Assembly: GCA_045546835.1 (NCBI GenBank)
Contig: JAZQDL010000101.1
Coordinates: forward strand, 3,500-67,499
Reading direction: 5' to 3'
From: Faecousia sp.
GTDB lineage: Bacteria > Bacillota > Clostridia > Oscillospirales > Oscillospiraceae
DNA length: 64,000 nucleotides
Below, in pieces: positions 57,813 through 64,000 of this stretch. A model generated the notes under the pieces. It ran no database searches. It saw only the letters and a list, made by a program, of their open reading frames with translations, and was not told the DNA's origin. The position numbers were made by a program, and so were the translations under genes. Positions within the stretch are counted from its first letter, which is position 1. The number at the start of each line of letters is the position of its first letter.

Positions 57813-60800
57813 TTATTCCATTTCGTCGCCGCAGATCTCTACGCCGTTTGCTGCTATGCAGGGGATCAGGGAGAAGCTATCCAGACCCTCAGCATTCACT
57901 GCGGACACGGTGATGTAGAAGTCGCCATTCGTAGTGTTGTATTTTTCTACCCACTTCTGCAGGAAGTCAGCGCCTGCGACCGCCTCAGCTTCGACATCGT
58001 CACAGGTCAGCTTTACAGCGATGTTCAGCTCGCTGCCCGCCTTGATCAGATTATAGATCACACCAAAGTTATCGATGTCGATCTTAAACCAGTACTTGGG
58101 AGCAGCGCCCTTCTTGCCGGTAACCGTTACAGACTCGACCTCCACTTCAAAGAACCGATAGCCGCCTTCTGTTTTGTCATAGACAGGCAGCTGGCTGTTA
58201 TCGCTGCTTAGCATATTGCCGTCTGCGTCATTAATCACCAGTACGCCGGAATTATCCGTGCTGCTGTCAATGATGTCGTTGCTGCTGTGAGTAAGCACAG
58301 ACTCTGCCGTCAGCGTATGGCCGTTCAGATCCAGCACTGCGTCAGCGGGGAACACCAGATCCTTTTCCCACACATCGTAGGTCAGCTTCACTGCTTCAGC
58401 ACTGTTTGTCACCTGATAGGCAAAGGCATCTTCCAACGTGCGGAAGTACACATCACCAACCTGGGCAATGGACTCACTCTCAGCAATTACTCCTGTGAGC
58501 GTCATAGAATCCAGATACATATAGCGGCAGGTGCCAATTGCATTCTCACGAATGACCACAATGTACTCTCCTGCATCCAGTGAATATCCGTCATTGATGG
58601 TATATGCAGCGGTGTCTGTGGCATTTGCCTGTGTGGTATAGGTCAGACTGCCTGCATAATTGCTGTCTATCAGGCTTTCCTTGATTTGCGTTACGCTATA
58701 ATCCTCATACTCTGCCGGAATGATATACACATCCAGCACATCACCTGTTTCCAAACGGGAGCTGCTGCTGCCCTCAAACAGGCTCAGATCCACTTGGTAA
58801 GCACCTGCGGTGGGAACGCTGATACGCACTGCTGCAAAGTTCAGCTTGGCGCTGTCAGCAGGCTTTACAAACTGCAGCATCATACCCATTTGGGCAGTTA
58901 TATTAAAGTCCTTGTGCCAGTTTTCGCCCGATGCAGCATCTGCGCCTGCCGGTTCCCAGTTTGTCTCACTACTAAATGCAGTATCAAACCAATAAGCAGG
59001 TCTTGTATAGCTGATAGAATCAACTGTGGCCTTATACAAGTTGTGTGCCGGGACAGTTACATCTTCTGCCGCGCCCTTTTTAATGAGCTCATTTTTGACA
59101 TAGGTCATATAGGCTTCATTTTCAAAGAGCTTAAAGTCATACGCATAGTTTTCAAGGGTTCTGCCGCCCAGATTATCCAGCGCTTCCTGTGCTGCAACCA
59201 GATCTCTGGTGTCGATCATTGCCTTCTGATCCTCCGGCAGTGCTTCGTAAGCTTCCCACAAAGCATTTACAGTTGTCTGGTCTCTACGGGAAGTGATCTC
59301 CAGGTCGAAAATCTGCTCCTGAAGCTGGTTTGCCGTTTCGTTTTCCATAAACCAGACGGCAGTATCATAGGCGCTCTCCAGCGTGCCGTAGTTTTTCACA
59401 TATCTTTGCTGAAGCTCATTGAGATCATTGTACTCGGTCATCAGCCCTGCCAGTCCGAAAATAGACCTGGCGCTGATCTGGTCTGCCGCAGCAGCTACCT
59501 TCAGCTCAAAGATCTCCGACTCTGCTTCCTCCAGAATATATTCCTTCTGAACCAGTGCCTTGTCTCTCAGGGAAAGGCCATCGTAGACTGTCCGGGCAGC
59601 AGCAACTGCATCCGCAGATGCCATGGTCACATCGCCCAAAGCATCGATCTGTGCATCTACTGCCTTTGCCTTTGCCCAGTCGCTGTCAGTCACATTGATG
59701 GGCATCATATAAAGGTCTGTACCGTCTACGTAATAAAGGTTGTTGTTTGCACCGATGGTATAAGTACTGACATCTGTACCCAGCAGTGTCTGGCATGTTG
59801 CCTCTAGGCTGCCAACTGTGCTATCCCAATCATTCAATGTGACATGCTGCAAACCCTTGTTGTCGTAGAAATTTACATACAGGCTGTTGTTCGCAGGATC
59901 AAAGGCAATTCTGCGGTTTTCTCTAGCGTAGCTGGCGCTGGTATTGTATGTGGTGTGTCCTTGATCCAGTACCACCTGAACATTGAAGGTCTTTGCTGTC
60001 TCGTCGTAGGTAAAGCAGAATAGCACATTGGAAACAATACCCCACAAGCGGCCCTCTGTGTCTGCAGTAATGCCGCCGATATAGGTAATGGGCGCAACTG
60101 TGCCATCGCTATCCTTGGGCAGATAATCTGCAATACACGTTCTTAAGTCCAGAGTCGCCTCGATCTGCATATTTTCATAGTCGAACACAAAGATCTGTGC
60201 AGATGTTCCTTCCACCATATCAGAACCGGAGCCACCGCTTCTGGTGGTAACACCATACAAAAATCCGTCCTGATATGCGATGCCATTGACAGACAGATCC
60301 CACAGTTCACTGTTGGTCACTACCTTTTCTCCGTTCGTAGGGGTTTGCTTAAAGCGGATAAAGTCTTCTTCGCCCGTTGCGATGTTATAAACACCAATAC
60401 CGCCACCGTTTTTGGCGGTCGTGGGGATCGTGCCGGCGAAGACATAGCCGTCGCCTGCGGCTACGCTATGGATACGCTTCTGCTCATAGTCCTTCATCTT
60501 AGAGATGATGGGCTTAATAATATTGGTATCTCCGTTATTATTGTAATTTGTCTTACTATCTGGGTTGATCTCATAGACCACGCAGGCACTGTAGTTACCG
60601 GAATACAGATGGAAGTTTCCTTCATCGTCCACATAGGTAACCTGACTGTCCGTCTGACCACCGGTGACATATCTGGACTTAACCGCTTCTGCGGCGGTGT
60701 CGTAAGCCACGCAGTTCCAGTTGTTCCAGGCACCGATATACAGAACATCGTCATAAACAGCACCAATATTCAGAGCGGAGCCGCCGGCGCCTTCGTAAGA

Positions 60801-62738
60801 AGTCTGGATCAGACCGGTGGTGCCGATCTTGCTGAAATCCTCAAAGTTGTAAAGCCGGGGATTTGCCGGTGTGCCGCCATAAGTAAACATATACGGCTCT
60901 TCAATTCCGTCTCCGTCCCGATCCAGGGTCACAAGTGTCTTTGCGCCTGTACGGAACGCATAATCGCCGGTTCCCACACAGGTTATCGTTCCGGCGTCGA
61001 TATCATAACAGAACATTCCCTCCTTCGGGGAGGCAAAATACTGCTTGCCGTCAATCACTTCAGATGCATGACCTGACATACCTACTCCCCAAAGGCTCTC
61101 TGCCTGGGAGGATTGACTGACGATCTTCCTCGAGATAGCATTCTTGTAGCTCAGCAGTTCAAAGGTCGACAGCTCGATCAGCACCATGCCGGCGGCACCG
61201 CTGCCACCAACGATCAGATACTTATCGCCCAAAACAGACATCCCGCGGAAGCCGCTTACGTTCTGGAGCTGAGTAGTCGCATCCAAAGCACCGACCACTT
61301 TGTCTGCCGCAAGGTCATATTTTACAATAATATCGTAGCTTTTACTGTCTGCCCAGGCGTACACATACCCATCGTGATAGAAGATAGCGCTGACACCGCC
61401 CGTGCCTTCAACCTGATCATCCGCAAGCGAAGAGTTGATCATCCGCTGAACATCTCCGTTGACCACATCGCCCAGATCCTTATAGGTTCTTTTACCCATA
61501 TCGTACTGAACCATATGTCCGCCGTAAAGCGTACCGAAGTATATCTTACCGTCTGCGCCGTAGTGCACGCCTCGATTGTGACCTTCTCCCTGCAGACTCT
61601 CTACTCCTGTCCGGAAATCCGGGGTGTTTATGCCAGTCATTGTATTTGTATCGAAAATATACAGCTTCTTGCCGTCACCGCCAATGATTACCTTGCCGTC
61701 ATTGGTCACTGTGGCAGAAGTGGGATAGCGCAAACAGGTGTCCACCGTCTGTATCAGCTTCCACTCATCCAGATCGTAAATGGCCATTTTGTTGCCTTCC
61801 AAGGGCAGGAAGAAATAATCGTGTCCGTTTACTTCGTACAGTGCGCCCATAGGACCGCCGTCTGATGTGGTGATCATATTCTCAGCCACCAGCACCGGAT
61901 CGATCCGGTCTGTTGCCTCTAAAGGTGCATTCTGAGATTCACCGGCAATAAATGTCAGATTAAGCAAGCCCATATAGCCCCATCCGGGAAACGGTGCATC
62001 CTGATAATTTTCAAAGACTGCAATGTATTCCTTATCCTTTTCAAAGGTCCACTTTCCCAGATAGGCTGTTACTGCGCCTTCCGTCTCTGTTTCATACAGC
62101 ACTGCCATACCCACCCGGTTATCCGGGTCCATTGCCGCTTCAATGGTTTCCCGACGGGCAAGGACTTTATCGTGGTCAATGGAGGCTTCCCCTTCCGCTT
62201 CCAGAATATACAGTGCAACAGCAGGGCTGCTGTTTTCGCCACTGTAGGCATAGGACTTCAGATCAATAGCAAATTCGCCATCACCGGGGCTCTTGATCCG
62301 GAATGCGATCCACTGCTTTTGCCCGATAATGGTACGCAGACCTACATACTGATTGAAGAACCTAAAATTGACATTGGGAAGATGCTCTGTGTCAGTCGTC
62401 GCGCCACAGACACCCGCACTGGCAGATTCATAGGTCCAGTTCAGCTCTCCGGAACTATATCTGGCCGGAATACCGGACTGGCACGTGCTTGTACCCACCT
62501 TGCCAAGGATCGCTAGCGCAAGCATGTCATTTTTAGTCATAGCCTCGTTTGTTTCTAATGCATCGTAATTGGACCGCTGGTTGAAATCGTATACAACTCC
62601 ATTTGTGGTAGTCGTACCGCCGCCAATAAGGCCGCCGATCCAATCAGAAATTCCTGCATTGGCTGACGGTACGGTATAGGACATTACCATACACACCAGC
62701 AGCATCGCTGCCAAGAGCCTTTTTGCTGTTTGTTTCAT
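57813..62738 (-). CDS. 1641-aa secreted multidomain protein (probable beta-propellers plus helical repeats)
   Basis: Signal peptide; repeated Y-D-x beta-strand units; VDAQIDAL..YDGLS / YEALPEDQKA helical repeats. Confidence 0.75.
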   Translation of the reverse strand: MKQTAKRLLAAMLLVCMVMSYTVPSANAGISDWIGGLIGGGTTTTNGVVYDFNQRSNYDALETNEAMTKNDMLALAILGKVGTSTCQSGIPARYSSGELNWTYESASAGVCGATTDTEHLPNVNFRFFNQYVGLRTIIGQKQWIAFRIKSPGDGEFAIDLKSYAYSGENSSPAVALYILEAEGEASIDHDKVLARRETIEAAMDPDNRVGMAVLYETETEGAVTAYLGKWTFEKDKEYIAVFENYQDAPFPGWGYMGLLNLTFIAGESQNAPLEATDRIDPVLVAENMITTSDGGPMGALYEVNGHDYFFLPLEGNKMAIYDLDEWKLIQTVDTCLRYPTSATVTNDGKVIIGGDGKKLYIFDTNTMTGINTPDFRTGVESLQGEGHNRGVHYGADGKIYFGTLYGGHMVQYDMGKRTYKDLGDVVNGDVQRMINSSLADDQVEGTGGVSAIFYHDGYVYAWADSKSYDIIVKYDLAADKVVGALDATTQLQNVSGFRGMSVLGDKYLIVGGSGAAGMVLIELSTFELLSYKNAISRKIVSQSSQAESLWGVGMSGHASEVIDGKQYFASPKEGMFCYDIDAGTITCVGTGDYAFRTGAKTLVTLDRDGDGIEEPYMFTYGGTPANPRLYNFEDFSKIGTTGLIQTSYEGAGGSALNIGAVYDDVLYIGAWNNWNCVAYDTAAEAVKSRYVTGGQTDSQVTYVDDEGNFHLYSGNYSACVVYEINPDSKTNYNNNGDTNIIKPIISKMKDYEQKRIHSVAAGDGYVFAGTIPTTAKNGGGIGVYNIATGEEDFIRFKQTPTNGEKVVTNSELWDLSVNGIAYQDGFLYGVTTRSGGSGSDMVEGTSAQIFVFDYENMQIEATLDLRTCIADYLPKDSDGTVAPITYIGGITADTEGRLWGIVSNVLFCFTYDETAKTFNVQVVLDQGHTTYNTSASYARENRRIAFDPANNSLYVNFYDNKGLQHVTLNDWDSTVGSLEATCQTLLGTDVSTYTIGANNNLYYVDGTDLYMMPINVTDSDWAKAKAVDAQIDALGDVTMASADAVAAARTVYDGLSLRDKALVQKEYILEEAESEIFELKVAAAADQISARSIFGLAGLMTEYNDLNELQQRYVKNYGTLESAYDTAVWFMENETANQLQEQIFDLEITSRRDQTTVNALWEAYEALPEDQKAMIDTRDLVAAQEALDNLGGRTLENYAYDFKLFENEAYMTYVKNELIKKGAAEDVTVPAHNLYKATVDSISYTRPAYWFDTAFSSETNWEPAGADAASGENWHKDFNITAQMGMMLQFVKPADSAKLNFAAVRISVPTAGAYQVDLSLFEGSSSSRLETGDVLDVYIIPAEYEDYSVTQIKESLIDSNYAGSLTYTTQANATDTAAYTINDGYSLDAGEYIVVIRENAIGTCRYMYLDSMTLTGVIAESESIAQVGDVYFRTLEDAFAYQVTNSAEAVKLTYDVWEKDLVFPADAVLDLNGHTLTAESVLTHSSNDIIDSSTDNSGVLVINDADGNMLSSDNSQLPVYDKTEGGYRFFEVEVESVTVTGKKGAAPKYWFKIDIDNFGVIYNLIKAGSELNIAVKLTCDDVEAEAVAGADFLQKWVEKYNTTNGDFYITVSAVNAEGLDSFSLIPCIAANGVEICGDEME

Positions 62739-63039
62739 TGTTTTTCCTCCATGTGTTCAGAATTTTTCAATTTCTTATAAAATCGCAAGACTGATATTTA
62801 CTATTTTATCATAAATTACCAAAAAAACAAGAGCCTGTTTTACAGAATTTTGTCTTGTTTCCTTATCAAATGTGTCATTTATTGTACTCAAAAGGTGCTA
62901 TTATGTAGCTGTACCTCTTCTACCTAAATTTCTTTATTTTTTTCAGTTGACAAGTACGCGTTTATGTACTAAAATTGATTTAGTCGCCACAATTCGTACT
63001 TTTTTGCGTACTTTATGTGGTATTATGGAGGTAATCCTT

Positions 63040-63378
63040 ATGGACAGCTTATATGACAACATTCTCTCCTTATGCAATCGAGATCGCATTCGCCCCGGCA
63101 GACTTTGTGACGAGCTGGGTATCAGCCGGGGTCTGATCACAGACCTGAAAATGGGTCGCAAAAAAAGTGTCAGCGCAGAAACTGCCCAAAAGATTGCCGG
63201 TTTTTTCGGCGTATCTGTGGGCTTCCTGCTTGGACAAGAGGAAAGCAACCAAAGCGCCGATATTCTTGACCAGGTAGATGTTGCTTTCTACGGAGATTTT
63301 AAAGAGCTGGACGAGGAGCAAAAGGAAGCAATACGGGATATGGTCCGCCTGATGCGCCAAAGGCGGGCAAAAGACTGA
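63040..63378 (+). CDS. XRE-family repressor (ImmR-like)
   Basis: GGAGG RBS; LCDELGISRGLITDLKMGR..KIAGFFGVSVGFLLG. Confidence 0.85.
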   Translation: MDSLYDNILSLCNRDRIRPGRLCDELGISRGLITDLKMGRKKSVSAETAQKIAGFFGVSVGFLLGQEESNQSADILDQVDVAFYGDFKELDEEQKEAIRDMVRLMRQRRAKD

Positions 63379-63389
63379 GGATTTAACAG

Positions 63390-63818
63390 GTGTTTGAGAT
63401 TTCGGATTTTTATGACTATTGCAAAGAAAATAAGGTGGATGTGATCCCCTTTATTGGCTGTCCACAGCCGGGGGCGACCATCCGGGATCAGGGCGATTAT
63501 GCGGTTTTTCTGGACTTTTCCAAGATCCGGTCCACACGGCTGCTCCGGGGCGTGTGCTATCACGAGCTGGGTCACGCCGCTACCGGCGCGTTGCACAAGG
63601 TAGACAGTCCATACGAGCTGGTTGGGCGCAGCGAATATCGGGCAAATCGCTGGGCGGCACAGCATTATCTAACCCAGGAGGACTTCCGCAATGCCTTCCA
63701 GGACGGCTGCCGGGAGCTTTGGCAGCTTGCTGAGTATTTTGACCTGCCGGAAAGTGATGTGCAAAAAGCTCTGACCTACTGGTCCGAGCGCAAGGGTGTT
63801 GATTTTAATAAAACCTAA
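63390..63818 (+). CDS. ImmA/IrrE-family metallopeptidase
   Basis: HELGH zinc motif, EYRANRWAA, LAEYFDL. Confidence 0.85.
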   Translation: MFEISDFYDYCKENKVDVIPFIGCPQPGATIRDQGDYAVFLDFSKIRSTRLLRGVCYHELGHAATGALHKVDSPYELVGRSEYRANRWAAQHYLTQEDFRNAFQDGCRELWQLAEYFDLPESDVQKALTYWSERKGVDFNKT

Positions 63819-63861
63819 AAGGAGGTGTCTCCAAATCGAGTCACCTCCTTATTTTTTTGTC

Positions 63862-63985
63862 AAATTTCAATTTGACGATTAGGTGCGCTGTAGGGCGGGG
63901 GCTTGCTCCCGCCGCTAAAAAGCTCAGTCATCGACGGCGGGGGCAAGCCCCCGCCCTACAATAGCCAACCGATAAGCAGAAATTT
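63862..63985. repeat. MITE-like REP doublet (short form)
   Basis: AAATTTCAATTTGACG...CGATAAGCAGAAATTT. Confidence 0.85.
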
Positions 63986-64000
63986 AACAGTTTCGGCAAA

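Noticed and set aside
1143-63985. Repeated palindromes as a CRISPR array
   Set aside because: Copies are dispersed inverted doublets, not tandem direct repeats with unique spacers, and no cas genes are present.

Overview
Chromosomal window from a spore-forming Clostridia-type Firmicute (lineage inferred from gene content, probably Oscillospiraceae-like). The flanks are GC-richer housekeeping DNA. On the left lie hflX-yigZ-dgt-dnaG-sigma-cmk-ispH/rpsA, rpmE and birA. On the right lie oppABCDF, fucI-fucU, hrcA-grpE-dnaK-dnaJ with tandem CIRCE, two secreted proteins and an ImmR/ImmA-like pair. These flanks carry many palindromic REP/MITE-like repeats from several families. The main result is an AT-richer, repeat-free 22,494-bp element (17208-39701) inserted at an AA dinucleotide inside an alpha/beta-type small acid-soluble spore protein (SASP) gene. 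The crossover site also lies inside the element's own large serine recombinase ORF. In the integrated state the recombinase ends with the last 12 aa of the SASP, and the SASP ends with 33 element-encoded residues. Excision would swap the tails in frame, restoring a 64-aa SASP and making a 581-aa recombinase isoform. The element carries a tightly coupled five-gene operon (SIS+HAD phosphatase, PRTase-like, P-loop ATPase, unknown, PfkB kinase), a candidate metabolite-based defence system. It also carries a resolvase, XRE regulators, an SSB-like gene, a Rep-like gene and a candidate directionality factor. All calls come from reading motifs by eye; no database searches were run.
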